Assembly (NCBI GenBank): GCA_947567595.1
Contig: CANOMQ010000001.1
Coordinates: 77,613 to 141,612 of the forward strand
DNA length: 64,000 nucleotides
Origin: an uncultured Lachnospiraceae bacterium
Lineage (GTDB): Bacteria > Bacillota > Clostridia > Lachnospirales > Lachnospiraceae
Direction of reading: 5' to 3'
Part shown: positions 16,116 through 27,084 of the stretch, one piece after another
Position numbering within the stretch: the stretch's first letter is position 1
How the letters are laid out: every line of letters starts with the position of its first letter
The notes under the pieces: generated by a model
Seen by the model: the letters and a program-made list of their open reading frames with translations, nothing else
Told to the model about the DNA's origin: nothing
Databases searched by the model: none
Translations under genes and position numbers: made by a program

Positions 16116-16925
16116 ATGATAACGGATGAAGAGTTTTTAAGAATTGCCGCGTATATGAAAAACCATTACGGAATTGATTTGGGACAAAAAAAGGTCATTA
16201 TGAATGGCAGACTTGAAAATCGCATAAGGACGGGCGGCTGGGGAACTTTTAACAATTTCATGGATGCAATGGAGAAGGATAAATCCGGCGCGCTGGAAAA
16301 GGAACTGGTCAATCAGCTTACCACCAATTATACCTATTTTATGCGGGAGTTTGAGCATTTTGAGTTCTTGAAACGGGAGGTGCTTCCGTGGGCGAAAAAG
16401 AAAGCACTAAAAACTAAAGACCTGCGGGTTTGGTGCGGCGCCGCCTCGACAGGGGAAGAACCATATATGATTGCGATGGTAATCCGGGATTTTTTTGGAT
16501 TGGAACATACCTCATGGGATACAAAGGTATTAGCGACAGACGTGTCCACAAAGGCGTTGCAACAGGCGCTTGCGGGAACCTATGAGGAGGAGGCGCTCAA
16601 GGATATGCCTGACCAGTGGAAGCGGCATTTTTTTCAAAAGCCGGTCATGGGCAGGTATACAGTGACGGACGAACTTAAGCAGGAGGTGCTGTTTCGACAG
16701 TTTAACCTGATGTCGCCGTTTCCGTTTAAGAAAAAAATGCATACTGTTTTTTTGCGCAATGTTATGATATACTTTGATAGTAAGACAAAACAGGAATTGC
16801 TCCAAAAGGTTTATGACTGCTTGGAGCCGGGAGGCTACCTATTTATCGGAATGACGGAGACGCTTGACAGAACAAGGACGCCTTTTCAGATTATACAACC
16901 CTCCATTTTCAGAAAAAGAGAGTAA
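16116..16925 (+). CDS. cheR: Chemotaxis protein methyltransferase CheR
   Basis: N-terminal helical CheR_N region (FLRIAAYMKNHYGIDL). SAM-binding core RVWCGAASTGEEPY. FLRNVMIYFD. 269 aa. Confidence 0.92.
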   Translation: MITDEEFLRIAAYMKNHYGIDLGQKKVIMNGRLENRIRTGGWGTFNNFMDAMEKDKSGALEKELVNQLTTNYTYFMREFEHFEFLKREVLPWAKKKALKTKDLRVWCGAASTGEEPYMIAMVIRDFFGLEHTSWDTKVLATDVSTKALQQALAGTYEEEALKDMPDQWKRHFFQKPVMGRYTVTDELKQEVLFRQFNLMSPFPFKKKMHTVFLRNVMIYFDSKTKQELLQKVYDCLEPGGYLFIGMTETLDRTRTPFQIIQPSIFRKRE

Positions 16926-16941
16926 ATAAAATAGGAAGGAT

Positions 16942-17982
16942 GTGATTGACATGCGGCCTATCAGGGTGTTAATTGTAGAAGATTCCCTTGTGTTTCGGGA
17001 ATTGTTGGTACAGAATTTAAATAAAGATCCGGCAATTGAGGTTGTGGCGACAGCAAAAGATCCGTTTGAGGCGCGGGATGCCATTTTGGAATACCGGCCA
17101 GACGTTATGACATTGGATGTGGAGCTGCCGCGCATGAACGGCATTGAGTTTCTGCAAAAGCTCATGCCGCAGTACCCGCTTCCTGTTGTGGTCATCAGCG
17201 CTTTAAGCGACAAGGTGTTTGATGCGTTAAACGCGGGCGCTGTTGATTTTGTGGCAAAGCCTGCCGTTACAGGGCGCGCGCAGCTTGAGGATTTTATCCA
17301 AAATGAGCTGCTTGTGAAGATTAAGATTGCATCAACTGCAAAAATCAGTCAGATTAAGCAGAAAGCAATTGCACAGGAGCACCACGGAGGATTTTCGGGA
17401 AAAGGAAAAGAGCTGATTGTGGCAATCGGAGCGTCCACAGGCGGTACGGAAGCGATTTTTTCGGTAGTAAAGGATTTTAACGTGGATATTCCCGGTGTGA
17501 TTATTGTACAGCATATGCCACCGGGGTTTACAAAGATGTATGCGCAGCGACTGGATAACCAGTGCCGCGTGCAGGTGAAGGAAGCGGAGACGGGAGACCG
17601 TGTGCTTCCGGGGCATGTGCTGATTGCGCCGGGGGGCGACAGGCATATGCATTTGGTGAAGGTGAACGGCATTTATCAGGTAGAAGTGAAGCCGGGACCT
17701 AGGGTAAACGGACATTGTCCGTCGGTGGATGTATTGTTTGATTCCGTGGCAAAGGTGGCGGGGCCGAGTGCGCTTGGCATTATTCTGACCGGAATGGGCG
17801 GAGACGGCGCGAAGGGGCTGCTTGCCATGCGCAAGGCGGGAGCAAGGACAATCGGGCAGGACGAATCGACCTGCGTAGTGTATGGAATGCCTAAAGTTGC
17901 TTATGATATCGGGGCAGTGGAGTTTCAGGATAAGCTGCAGGATATTGCAAAGAGGACTTATGCGGTATTAAATAAAATGTAA
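16942..17982 (+). CDS. cheB: Protein-glutamate methylesterase/deamidase CheB (REC + methylesterase)
   Basis: REC domain: VLIVEDS, VMTLDVELPRMNG, FVAKP. Esterase domain: IGASTGGTEA, VQHMPPGFT, LTGMGGDGA. Confidence 0.92.
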   Translation: MIDMRPIRVLIVEDSLVFRELLVQNLNKDPAIEVVATAKDPFEARDAILEYRPDVMTLDVELPRMNGIEFLQKLMPQYPLPVVVISALSDKVFDALNAGAVDFVAKPAVTGRAQLEDFIQNELLVKIKIASTAKISQIKQKAIAQEHHGGFSGKGKELIVAIGASTGGTEAIFSVVKDFNVDIPGVIIVQHMPPGFTKMYAQRLDNQCRVQVKEAETGDRVLPGHVLIAPGGDRHMHLVKVNGIYQVEVKPGPRVNGHCPSVDVLFDSVAKVAGPSALGIILTGMGGDGAKGLLAMRKAGARTIGQDESTCVVYGMPKVAYDIGAVEFQDKLQDIAKRTYAVLNKM

Positions 17983-17994
17983 AGGAGAGGAAAA

Positions 17995-18387
17995 ATGAGG
18001 ATTTTACTTGCAGAGGATGATTTCGCAACAAGAAAATTCATGATCAGCTTTCTGTCGAAATACGGGGAATGTGATGTTACCGTAGACGGAATGGAGGCGG
18101 TAGACGCGTTTATGATGGCGCTCGAAGATGATGAGCCTTATGACCTTGTGTGCCTTGACATTATGATGCCGGTTATGGACGGTTATCAGGCGCTTATGGG
18201 AATCAGGAACTTGGAGAAGGAACGCAACATTCCGCAGGAAGAAGGGGTTAAGGTCATCATGACTACCGCGCTCAATGATGAGCAGAATGTAAAGATGGCG
18301 TTTGAACTGGGATGTACGATTTATTCCGGCAAACCGATTGACAAGGCAAGATTTGAACAGGCGATGAAAAAGCTGGGACTGATTTAG
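17995..18387 (+). CDS. cheY: Single-domain response regulator, CheY-like
   Basis: 130 aa. ILLAEDD, LVCLDIMMPVMDG, IMTTA, SGKPID. Positioned between cheB and cheA. Confidence 0.85.
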   Translation: MRILLAEDDFATRKFMISFLSKYGECDVTVDGMEAVDAFMMALEDDEPYDLVCLDIMMPVMDGYQALMGIRNLEKERNIPQEEGVKVIMTTALNDEQNVKMAFELGCTIYSGKPIDKARFEQAMKKLGLI

Positions 18388-18420
18388 TCAGGTATTAAAA
18401 TATGTAGGAAAGGAGAACAT

Positions 18421-20571
18421 ATGGCTGAAGAATTTAACACAGAGGGAATGCTGGACATATATCTCTTTGAGAATCAACAGCTTTTAGAGCAGTTGCAGGA
18501 AATGGTCTTGGAGCAGAAGGATGCGGACTGTTTTGATGAGGACAGCATCAATGAAATTTTTAGGACCATGCATACCATCAAAGGGTCTTCAGGTATTATG
18601 ATGTTTGACAATATCACGGCGATTTCACATAAGCTGGAAGATGTCTTTTATTACCTGAGAGAGTCTCATCCCGACAACGTGCCACATGTTAAGCTTGTGG
18701 AGCACGTTTTGGAGGTTGAGGATTTTATCAGCGGTGAGCTGGAGAAAATCAGCAACGGAGAAACAGCAGACGGCGATCCAAAGAGTATCATCAAGGAATT
18801 AGATGCGTTTTTGGATATGCTGAAAAACGGCGCTGCGGAGGGGGCGGAGCCACCCGCCGAGAATGTGCATGAAGAACCGAAGCAGTTTTACATTGCGCCG
18901 GTTGCAACGGACGCAAGTCGGTTTTACAAGGTTTATGTAACCTTTTCACCGGATACCGGAATGGCAAATATCCGTGCGTACAAAATCGTGTATGCGATGA
19001 AGGAGATTGCGGAGGATTTACTGTATTATCCCGAGGATATTATTTCCGATGAGAGCAGTGCGGAAGTGATTATGAAGGAGGGTTTTAAGATCCTGCTTCA
19101 GGCGCAGTGTTCCGAGGAGGAAATCAGGAAGATTATTGGTATCGGATATGATATTCAGGCAGTTGATATTTATGAATGTAAGGCAAATGAGTTCCTACAG
19201 GGATTTTCTGATCCGGAACCCGGCCAACAGGTCATTGACTTAGAGTCAAGCGTGGAGGCGATTGAGGCGAAGGCGGAACAGGCGAAGGAGGGGGAACAGG
19301 AGAAGAAGCCTGCGAAACCGCAGATTGCACCGGGTGATTTTGTCATTAAGTCCAAAGAACCCGGAAAGCAGAAGAAGCTTGCGAAGGATAAGCCCAAAAA
19401 TGAGAAGGCTGCCTTTATCAGCGTCAATGTCCAAAAGATGGATCAGTTGATGGATTTAATCGGCGAGCTGGTGATTTCCGAGTCTGTGGTGCTGCAAAAT
19501 CCCGATTTGAAGGTTCCGGGATTAAACCTTGCGAACTTCAACAAGGCAGCCCAGCAGATGGCAAAAATTTCCACGGATTTGCAGAATGTCATTATGTCCA
19601 TGCGAATGGTGCCGCTTACGACGCTGTTCCAAAAGATGAACCGTATTGTGTTCGACGTGTCAAGAAAGCTAGGCAAGGACATCGAATTTGAGATGATTGG
19701 CGAGCACACGGAGGTTGATAAGAATATCAGTGAAAACATTTCCGATCCTTTGATGCATATGGTGCGTAACGCGGTGGATCATGGTATTGAGACCAACGAG
19801 GAGCGCAAGGAGAGTGGAAAGAAGGAAAAAGGAAAAGTTACGCTTTCGGCAAGGACAGAGGCCGGAAAGGTGTGGATTAGCGTAACGGACAACGGAAGAG
19901 GCCTGGAGCGCCACAAAATTCTTGCAAAGGCGAGAAAACAGGGGCTTTTGGATCCTGATAAACCGGATAGCTCTTACACAGATAAGGAAGTGTTTCAGTT
20001 TATTACCCTGCCCGGATTTTCTACCAATGAAACGGTAACGGAATATTCCGGCAGAGGCGTGGGAATGGACGTTGTGGTACAGAATATTCAGGCAATCGGC
20101 GGCTCTTTGGAGATTGACAGTATTGCCGGAATGGGCTCTACGATGTCGCTGAAAATCCCGCTCACGCTTGCGATTATTGACGGTATCGTGCTGGAAACAG
20201 GCACTTCTTCGTTTGTGGTGGAGACTGGTGTCATCAAGGAGTTTGTAAATGTAAAAGAGGATATGATGATTCATGAGCCAAACGGCGAAGAATACATCAT
20301 GATCCGTGGAGAGTGCTACCCCGTACTCCGTTTGGGAGAATGGTATGGATTAAAAGAATACCGCAAGTCAGTAGAAGAGGGGACAATGCTGATTTTTGAA
20401 GTGGAAGGCAAGACGATATGTCTCTTTGTGGACAGACTGGTAGGCAAGCAGGAAATCGTTGTAAAGCCGATTCCTTCTTATGTGAAGAAGGTGAAGGGCA
20501 TATCAGGGTGTACACAGCTTGGAGACGGCAGCATTGCATTAATACTGGATCCGGTAGGACTAATCGAATAA
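18421..20571 (+). CDS. cheA: Chemotaxis histidine kinase CheA
   Basis: P1/Hpt motif FRTMHTIKGSSG. Lys/Glu-rich linker. P3/P4 motifs (DPLMHMVRNAVDHGIE, DNGRGL, GRGVGMDVV). C-terminal CheW-like P5 domain. No fused REC domain. Confidence 0.93.
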   Translation: MAEEFNTEGMLDIYLFENQQLLEQLQEMVLEQKDADCFDEDSINEIFRTMHTIKGSSGIMMFDNITAISHKLEDVFYYLRESHPDNVPHVKLVEHVLEVEDFISGELEKISNGETADGDPKSIIKELDAFLDMLKNGAAEGAEPPAENVHEEPKQFYIAPVATDASRFYKVYVTFSPDTGMANIRAYKIVYAMKEIAEDLLYYPEDIISDESSAEVIMKEGFKILLQAQCSEEEIRKIIGIGYDIQAVDIYECKANEFLQGFSDPEPGQQVIDLESSVEAIEAKAEQAKEGEQEKKPAKPQIAPGDFVIKSKEPGKQKKLAKDKPKNEKAAFISVNVQKMDQLMDLIGELVISESVVLQNPDLKVPGLNLANFNKAAQQMAKISTDLQNVIMSMRMVPLTTLFQKMNRIVFDVSRKLGKDIEFEMIGEHTEVDKNISENISDPLMHMVRNAVDHGIETNEERKESGKKEKGKVTLSARTEAGKVWISVTDNGRGLERHKILAKARKQGLLDPDKPDSSYTDKEVFQFITLPGFSTNETVTEYSGRGVGMDVVVQNIQAIGGSLEIDSIAGMGSTMSLKIPLTLAIIDGIVLETGTSSFVVETGVIKEFVNVKEDMMIHEPNGEEYIMIRGECYPVLRLGEWYGLKEYRKSVEEGTMLIFEVEGKTICLFVDRLVGKQEIVVKPIPSYVKKVKGISGCTQLGDGSIALILDPVGLIE

Positions 20572-20629
20572 ATGTTACCGGAGTACAGTGAACGGTAACG
20601 AATAAATGGAGTGAAAGGAAGGTAGTCAT

Positions 20630-21184
20630 ATGGATGAAATCATGGAACAGAAGAGGCGCGCAGAGGATCTGAATGTGTCTGATGAACATGATGCACAAAA
20701 AGGAAAGTACATGACGTTTAAATCCGGAAATGAGTACTTCGGACTGAAAATCCAATATGTCAATGAGATTATCGGATTTCAGGCGATTACGGCGATTCCG
20801 GAAACAGAGGATTACATTAAAGGCTTGATAAACCTCAGAGGAAAGATTATCCCTGTTATTGACGTTCGGCTTCGCTTTCGGCAGCCACCCTTTGATTATA
20901 ATGACAGAACTTGTATTATTGTGATTGATGTCAAATCGACAGTAGTTGGCCTCATTGTGGAAAAGATTGCGGAAGTGGTGGAAATCAGGGAAGAGAATAT
21001 TTTGCCGCCGCCGAGTATCGGACGCGCAGACAAGGTACAGAACAAGTATGTGTACGGTATCGGAAAAGTGGGCGATTCGGTCAAGCTTTTGCTTGATCCG
21101 GATAAGCTTTTGAATGACGAAGATATGTCGGTCATTGAACAGGCGGGCGAAATGAATAATGTAGAAGATGTCGAAGAGAAGTGA
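20630..21184 (+). CDS. cheW: Chemotaxis coupling protein CheW
   Basis: [22 protein letters not shown]...[17 protein letters not shown]...[11 protein letters not shown] is the classic CheW-fold signature. It carries an acidic C-terminal tail. Confidence 0.9.
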   Translation: MDEIMEQKRRAEDLNVSDEHDAQKGKYMTFKSGNEYFGLKIQYVNEIIGFQAITAIPETEDYIKGLINLRGKIIPVIDVRLRFRQPPFDYNDRTCIIVIDVKSTVVGLIVEKIAEVVEIREENILPPPSIGRADKVQNKYVYGIGKVGDSVKLLLDPDKLLNDEDMSVIEQAGEMNNVEDVEEK

Positions 21185-21200
21185 AAGGAGATTAACAAAA

Positions 21201-22670
21201 ATGAAAAACTTAAAGATAAGAACAAAGTTAATATTGGGATTCAGTGTTCCTGTTATACTCATGATTCTCACGGTGGTGATAAACATTTTCATAACAAATG
21301 AGATTATCGATAACGTTGCAGAGATGAACGAACAGGCTGTAGTGACAATAACAGAGGAACTACATAAGACAGCCGGTGTAGATGATCAGGAGCTTGCTCA
21401 TTTGACGGCGATGATTTCTGAGGGAAAGGATGACAGAATTGAGCGCATGCGCAATGGTATCCAGATTTCTGATTATATCAGCGTTGCTCTGCTGCTTATT
21501 TCCGTAATTTGTACCGTGGGTATTTCTTTAAGCCTGATTAAGGTGATCATGAAATCAATAAGGCAGTTGTCAGGAGCAGCAAAAGAGATTGCACAGGGGC
21601 ATGTTGACATTGAAATGGAAAAATACAACAATGACGAGTTCGGCGATTTGGTTGACGAGTATACTAAGGTGATTGACAACATTAAATATCAGGCACGTGT
21701 GGCAGAGGAGGTTTCCAACGGAAATCTTACAGTGGATGTAAAGCCCAGTTCTTCAGGAGATCTTCTTGGTAACTCTTTGAAGAAGCTTGTGGATGACAAC
21801 CGCAATACACTTGGCAACATCAGCGATGCAGGTCATCAGGTTACCATTGGCGCTTCACAGGTGGCAAGCGCAAGCCAGTCTTTGGCACAGGGTACGACAG
21901 AGCAGGCAAGCGCAATTGAGGAGATTACGGCTTCGATTGATGAGATTGCAGATAAGACAAAGCAGAATGCAAATCAGGCAAATTCTGCGGCTGATTTGGT
22001 TAAGAGGGCAATTGATGATGTAAAGCAGGGTAATGAGCAGATGCAGGATATGATGTCTGCGATGGACGACATCAACAAGGCTTCTGAGAGCATTTCCAAG
22101 ATTATTAAGACGATTGACGATATTGCGTTCCAGACAAATATTCTTGCCCTGAACGCGGCGGTTGAGGCTGCAAGGGCAGGTGAGGCAGGCAAAGGCTTTG
22201 CAGTTGTAGCGGAAGAGGTAAGAAGTCTTGCGGCAAAGAGTGCGGCGGCAGCTTCTGAGACGGCAGAATTGATTGAGGACTCTATCAACAAGGTAAGTCA
22301 GGGTTCTAAGATTGCGGACGAGACAGCAAAGGCTCTGGGCGTAATTACAGAAGCGGTTCAGCAAAGTGAAGTGCTGATCAACAGCATTGCACAGACTTCG
22401 AACTATCAGGCAACGGCGGTTGCACAGATTGAGCAGGCGATAACACAGGTTTCACAGGTTGTGCAGACCAATTCGGCAACCAGTGAGCAGTGTGCTGCTG
22501 CAAGCGAGGAGCTTTCTAATCAGGCATCGAGAATGCGCGATATGCTTTCGATTTACAATCTTGGCAGTCAGCATGTCTCTTCACCGGCAGGCTCCGCGAA
22601 TTATTCTTCGTCTGTTTCAAATGCAAACGAGCAGATTATTTCGCTTGGGGACGGATTTGGAAAATATTAA
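21201..22670 (+). CDS. Methyl-accepting chemotaxis protein (2 TM, very small ectodomain, HAMP, MA domain)
   Basis: The hairpin tip is conserved: [42 protein letters not shown]1 is at the N-terminus and TM2 follows about 70 aa later, then HAMP. The start at 21201 has AAAGGAG upstream. The ORF-track start is 21168. Confidence 0.92.
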   Translation: MKNLKIRTKLILGFSVPVILMILTVVINIFITNEIIDNVAEMNEQAVVTITEELHKTAGVDDQELAHLTAMISEGKDDRIERMRNGIQISDYISVALLLISVICTVGISLSLIKVIMKSIRQLSGAAKEIAQGHVDIEMEKYNNDEFGDLVDEYTKVIDNIKYQARVAEEVSNGNLTVDVKPSSSGDLLGNSLKKLVDDNRNTLGNISDAGHQVTIGASQVASASQSLAQGTTEQASAIEEITASIDEIADKTKQNANQANSAADLVKRAIDDVKQGNEQMQDMMSAMDDINKASESISKIIKTIDDIAFQTNILALNAAVEAARAGEAGKGFAVVAEEVRSLAAKSAAAASETAELIEDSINKVSQGSKIADETAKALGVITEAVQQSEVLINSIAQTSNYQATAVAQIEQAITQVSQVVQTNSATSEQCAAASEELSNQASRMRDMLSIYNLGSQHVSSPAGSANYSSSVSNANEQIISLGDGFGKY

Positions 22671-22686
22671 AAAGATGGATTTGGAA

Positions 22687-22722
22687 ACAGCCGTGTGAGG
22701 TGTCTGCACGGCTGTTTTTTTT
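22687..22722 (+). terminator. Rho-independent terminator after the MCP gene
   Basis: Perfect 9-bp stem ACAGCCGTG (22687-22695) / CACGGCTGT (22707-22715) with an 11-nt loop, then TTTTTTT. Confidence 0.8.
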
Positions 22723-22757
22723 GTGTTTTTTCAATGCTTTTATGTTGGATTGACTTC

Positions 22758-22786
22758 TTGTGCTAAAAGATAAGATATGGTATACT
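22758..22786 (+). promoter_or_regulatory. Candidate promoter for the hybrid-kinase genes
   Basis: TTGTGC (22758-22763), 17-nt spacer, extended -10 TGgTATACT (TATACT 22781-22786). The -35 is weak. Confidence 0.35.
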
Positions 22787-22817
22787 GGAAATACTTAGTG
22801 TTAATAAGTGTAGTTAG

Positions 22818-24899
22818 ATGGGAGAAGATACGGATATGCAGGAAACAGCAGATTATGTACAGGAAATTATTGATGTGCTGGGGGATATGAACTTTGCAAT
22901 TTATGAGGTCAGTCTGCAAAGCGGGGAAGTTACGGTTGTGCGTGCGACGGAGCGGATTGTAAAGGGGACAAAAGGGCGCGGTTTTATGTGGGAAGATTTG
23001 TTCCGGCGTGGGATTGGCTATATTGTCTTGGAATATCGGGATGCGTTTCGGGAAAAATTCTCGTTAGAGGCAATGCGTAAAGCAAAGGAGAATGGAGAAA
23101 AAAAGAAAACGTATGTTTGCCAAGCGCTGCTTCAGGGAGCATGGCGTTATATCGCTGTGACGGCGTTTTTTAAGGAGAGTAAGACGCGGGGACCATATGC
23201 GGTCGTGACCTTTCAGGATATTGACGAGCAGACGAAAAACGATATGGAGCATATTCAGCAGGATAGACGCATGGAGTCTATTATCAGCAGCCTAAGCAGT
23301 ATGTTTTTTGCGGCGTACTATGTTGATTTTCAGAAGGATACGTTTCGTGCGGTGACACAGAAGGAAGCGGTGGGAAATATTTTGGGGGACGAGCGCAGCT
23401 ATACACAGGGTATTCGTTTGTATGCTGAGCATTTTATTTGTCCGGAAGACCGTGAAGAGTATCTGCGGTGCCTTAATAAACAGTATTTGATGGAGACGCT
23501 CAGCGGAGAGCATTCGCTAGTGGCAACAGAGTATCGGACGCTGCCAGATGAGCGGAATAAGCGAGAGTGGATTCGCGCATCCGTCGTGCTTGCGGAGACT
23601 GCGCCGGACGGGACGCCGCGCGGGGCAGTGTATGTGGCGCAGGATATTACGGAGAGCAGGCTTCGGGAGGAGCAGGAGCAGCAGGCGTTGCGTGAGGCAT
23701 GTGAGGCGGCAAACCATGCCAACGAGGCAAAAAGTGAATTTATGTCGCGCATGAGTCATGATATTCGGACACCGATGAACGCGATTATCGGCATGACGGA
23801 GATTGCGGGCCGGTATTTGGATGATCGTGAGCGTGTGATGGACTGTTTGGAGAAGATTACGGTTTCAAGTAAGCATTTGTTGTCATTGATTAATGAAGTG
23901 CTTGACATGAGTAAGATTGAATCGGGGAAGATTGAGCTTTCGGAGGAGGAGGTATCCCTTCCTGAGCTGATTGATAATCTTGAGACGATTATTCGGCCCT
24001 CTGTGCAGAAAAACAATCATACGCTCCATGTGGAAGTGGCGGATATGAAGCATCCCTGCGTGATTGGCGATCCGGTCAGACTGCAGCAGGTTTTTATGAA
24101 TATATTAGGAAATTCCGTAAAATATACGCCGCCGGGCGGAAGGCTATCGGTGGAGGTTTGGGAAAATCCGTCAAAGGTACGGGGATATGGTTCGTATGCG
24201 TTTGTCTTTACCGATAACGGTATCGGCATGAGCAAGGAGTTTTTGGAGAAACTGTTTGAGCCGTTTAGCCGCGAGGAGGATTCGCGCGTAAGCAAGATTG
24301 AGGGTACCGGTCTTGGCATGGCGATAGCAAGAAATATTGCCCGGAAAATGAACGGGGATATTCTCGTGGAGAGTACGGAGGGCAAGGGTTCGCGTTTTAC
24401 GGTTGAGTTATCATTGAAAATTGCCAACGTGTCAAAGCAGGAGGCACAGACGCCTGCGAAATTGGTACAAAGCGAAACGCAGACACTTAGCAAGGAGCTT
24501 TTGGCGAGCAAGCGGTTGTTACTGGTGGAGGACAATGAGCTCAATAGGGAGATTGCCATAGAGATTATTTCACAGACGGGTGTGTGCGTGGAGAGCGCGG
24601 AGAACGGCAAGGAGGCGCTTGAGCGGTTTGAGAGAATGCCTGAAAATTATTATGATATGATTTTTATGGATATCCAAATGCCTGTGATGAACGGGTATGA
24701 GGCGACGGAGTCAATTCGTAGTTTTTCGCGCGCGGATGCCGAAAAAATCCCGATTATTGCCATGACGGCAAATGCCTTTATGGAGGACATCCGCAGAAGC
24801 AGGGAGGCGGGAATGAACGAACATTTGACGAAGCCGCTTGATGTGGGAGAATTGATGAAATGTTTGGAGAAGTGGCTGGGAGGAACGAAAAATAATTAG
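22818..24899 (+). CDS. Soluble hybrid sensor histidine kinase / response regulator
   Basis: H-box [16 protein letters not shown]-box [11 protein letters not shown]-boxes DNGIGM and GTGLGMAI. C-terminal REC ([27 protein letters not shown]). N-terminal sensory region of about 290 aa with no TM segment. Alternative start at 22836. Confidence 0.9.
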   Translation: MGEDTDMQETADYVQEIIDVLGDMNFAIYEVSLQSGEVTVVRATERIVKGTKGRGFMWEDLFRRGIGYIVLEYRDAFREKFSLEAMRKAKENGEKKKTYVCQALLQGAWRYIAVTAFFKESKTRGPYAVVTFQDIDEQTKNDMEHIQQDRRMESIISSLSSMFFAAYYVDFQKDTFRAVTQKEAVGNILGDERSYTQGIRLYAEHFICPEDREEYLRCLNKQYLMETLSGEHSLVATEYRTLPDERNKREWIRASVVLAETAPDGTPRGAVYVAQDITESRLREEQEQQALREACEAANHANEAKSEFMSRMSHDIRTPMNAIIGMTEIAGRYLDDRERVMDCLEKITVSSKHLLSLINEVLDMSKIESGKIELSEEEVSLPELIDNLETIIRPSVQKNNHTLHVEVADMKHPCVIGDPVRLQQVFMNILGNSVKYTPPGGRLSVEVWENPSKVRGYGSYAFVFTDNGIGMSKEFLEKLFEPFSREEDSRVSKIEGTGLGMAIARNIARKMNGDILVESTEGKGSRFTVELSLKIANVSKQEAQTPAKLVQSETQTLSKELLASKRLLLVEDNELNREIAIEIISQTGVCVESAENGKEALERFERMPENYYDMIFMDIQMPVMNGYEATESIRSFSRADAEKIPIIAMTANAFMEDIRRSREAGMNEHLTKPLDVGELMKCLEKWLGGTKNN

Positions 24900-24914
24900 G
24901 GGAGGCGATATGCC

Positions 24915-27005
24915 GTGAACCAAATGAATTATAAAGAAGAGGCGCTGTTGCAGTTAGATGAAAAGACGGTGCCGATTGTTGAGAGCATTTCGGAGCGGAT
25001 GCCGGGCGGCTTTTTTATCTATCATGCGGACGGTGACGAGGAACTTATTTTTACAAACAATGCGCTGTTGCGCATTTTCGGGTGTGAGACGTTGGAAGAA
25101 TTTAAGGCGCTGACGGGATATACGTTTCGCGGAATGGTTCATCCCGAGGATCTTGAAATGGTTGAAAAAAGTATTGTCAATCAGATTGCGAGCAGCCGTT
25201 ATGATTTGGACTACGTGGAATACCGGATTATTAAGAAGGACGGGAGTGTCCGTTGGGTGGAGGATTACGGGCATTTTGTACATACACAGTTGTACGGCGA
25301 TATTTTTTATGTGTTTATCGACGATGCAACGGAGCGGATGAAGAAGCGGGTACAGCACCTTGAGTCGATTAATATTGAGCTGGGAGAGGTTTATGCGCGC
25401 GAGCTTCAGTACCGCAAGGCGATTTTACATGATGCGCTTTTGTTTTTTGAGGTTAATCTGACGCACAACGAAATGATTACGAAGACGCTTTTGAATATGG
25501 AGAGCGGACAGGGGGACGAACTGTATGGATTGTCTGAGGAAGAGCAGGTAAAGTCGTATTCCGATTATGTGAAGGATAAAGAGGCGTGCGTTGGTTTGGA
25601 TGGGCTTGACGGATATCGTCAGTTTTTCGACGCGAAGCGTTTGATTGTGTGCTGCGAACAAGGTGAGATTGAGCAGACGCATGACGTTTGGATGTTTGAT
25701 GCGTTTGGAAGAAAGCAGTTGTGTCACTATGTGTTTTTGCTTGGTAAAAATGAGAACACGGGTGATGTCGTGGCGCTTGCCGTTGCAAAGGACATTACGG
25801 AGCAAATGGAGCGGCAGAAGCTTTTACAGTCGGCGCTTCGACAAGCACAGGCGGCAAATATCGCAAGGGATACCTTTCTTGTCAATATGTCGCATGATAT
25901 TCGCACGCCGTTAAACGCGATTATTGGTTACACGGAGCTTTTGCGAAGCCGTAGGGATGATCCGGAGAAGGTGGACACGTATTTGGGCAAAATCCGTGCT
26001 TCCAGTGAGCAGCTATTATCAATTTTAAACGAAACGCTTGAGGTGACGAGGACAGAGTCGGGCAGGGTAAATCTGATTGAAAGTGAATGTGATTTGGCAG
26101 AACTGTTTGCGGAGGTAGAAAAGTCAGCGCTTCCGATGATGAAGACAAAGTCGATTCGTTTTCATATTGACAGTTCAAACGTAACACATTTTGCAGTGAT
26201 TGCAGACTTTATCCGTATCAAGGAAATTTTAATGCAATTGCTTGACAACTCGGCGAAGTATATGAATTCCAATGGTACGATTTCGTTGACAGTTGTGGAA
26301 ACGGAGATTGACATGAAGGGGTATAAGAAATACCGTTTTACTGTCGAAGATAACGGCATCGGTATTTCAGAGGAATTTAAAGAGCAATTGTTTGATCCGT
26401 TTAAGCGGGAAAGCAACACGACACATAGTGGTGTACTTGGAATTGGATTGGGGCTTACAGTTGTCAAGAACTTTGTCGAGATGATGGAGGGCGACATTGC
26501 GGTGGAAAGCAGACTTGGACATGGCAGCCGGTTTACGGTCAGCCTGCTCTTGAAGCTTCAGGAGGAGTCAGGCAAACAGGAGCTGCATACTGCTGACACT
26601 GCCAAGCTTGTGCAAAAGTCAAAGAACAGACGTTTACTTGTCGTGGAGGATAACGAGATTAACTGCGAAATTGTGGAGGAGCTGTTAAAGGATAAGGGCT
26701 ATTTGGTTGAGACGGCGGCAAACGGCAGGATTGCGCTGGAGATGGTGGCAGGTTCTGCGGACGGGTATTTTGCGGCGATTTTGATGGACATTCAGATGCC
26801 TGAGATGGACGGGTATGAGGCGACAAGAGCCATCCGTAAGTTGGAAAATCCAGCGTTATCGCAAATTCCGATTATTGCGCTTTCAGCGAACGCGTTTGCA
26901 GAGGATTATCAAAAGTCCATTGATGCTGGAATGGTGGCGCATTTTCCAAAGCCAATCAATATTGATGCGCTGCATGATTTAATTTGCCATACTTTGGACG
27001 GCTGA
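24915..27005 (+). CDS. Soluble PAS-containing hybrid sensor histidine kinase / response regulator
   Basis: PAS-like region: PGGFFIYHADGDEELIFTNNALLRIFG...YRIIKKDGSVRWVEDYG. H-box [16 protein letters not shown]-boxes DNGIGI and GIGLGLTV. REC: LLVVEDNEIN, ILMDIQMPEMDG, FPKPI. GTG start with a GGAGG RBS. Confidence 0.9.
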   Translation: MNQMNYKEEALLQLDEKTVPIVESISERMPGGFFIYHADGDEELIFTNNALLRIFGCETLEEFKALTGYTFRGMVHPEDLEMVEKSIVNQIASSRYDLDYVEYRIIKKDGSVRWVEDYGHFVHTQLYGDIFYVFIDDATERMKKRVQHLESINIELGEVYARELQYRKAILHDALLFFEVNLTHNEMITKTLLNMESGQGDELYGLSEEEQVKSYSDYVKDKEACVGLDGLDGYRQFFDAKRLIVCCEQGEIEQTHDVWMFDAFGRKQLCHYVFLLGKNENTGDVVALAVAKDITEQMERQKLLQSALRQAQAANIARDTFLVNMSHDIRTPLNAIIGYTELLRSRRDDPEKVDTYLGKIRASSEQLLSILNETLEVTRTESGRVNLIESECDLAELFAEVEKSALPMMKTKSIRFHIDSSNVTHFAVIADFIRIKEILMQLLDNSAKYMNSNGTISLTVVETEIDMKGYKKYRFTVEDNGIGISEEFKEQLFDPFKRESNTTHSGVLGIGLGLTVVKNFVEMMEGDIAVESRLGHGSRFTVSLLLKLQEESGKQELHTADTAKLVQKSKNRRLLVVEDNEINCEIVEELLKDKGYLVETAANGRIALEMVAGSADGYFAAILMDIQMPEMDGYEATRAIRKLENPALSQIPIIALSANAFAEDYQKSIDAGMVAHFPKPINIDALHDLICHTLDG

Positions 27006-27084
27006 TGCTTGTATTTTGTGCGGATTGGCAGTATGATAAATACGGATATGCATGAGATTACAATGCGAGGAGGGAAAGGACAAG

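Noticed and set aside
20574-20599. 7-bp inverted repeat GTTACCG-N12-CGGTAAC between cheA and cheW, considered as a terminator or attenuator.
   Set aside because: The stem is short, there is no U-tract, and cheW is expected to be co-transcribed with cheA. It is probably incidental.
20297-21292. 331-aa minus-strand ORF overlapping cheA, cheW and the MCP gene.
   Set aside because: It lies entirely antisense to three + strand genes that carry unmistakable family motifs. Its translation is low-complexity (runs of I, F, L, N, R, H) with no recognisable motif. No RBS or promoter is evident. It is a shadow ORF.
22818-27005. Possibility that the two hybrid kinases are membrane sensors, or that CheA carries a fused receiver (CheA-CheY type, as in some alternative Che systems).
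   Set aside because: No hydrophobic stretch long enough for a TM helix is visible in either hybrid kinase. CheA ends with a CheW-like P5 domain and has no REC motifs.
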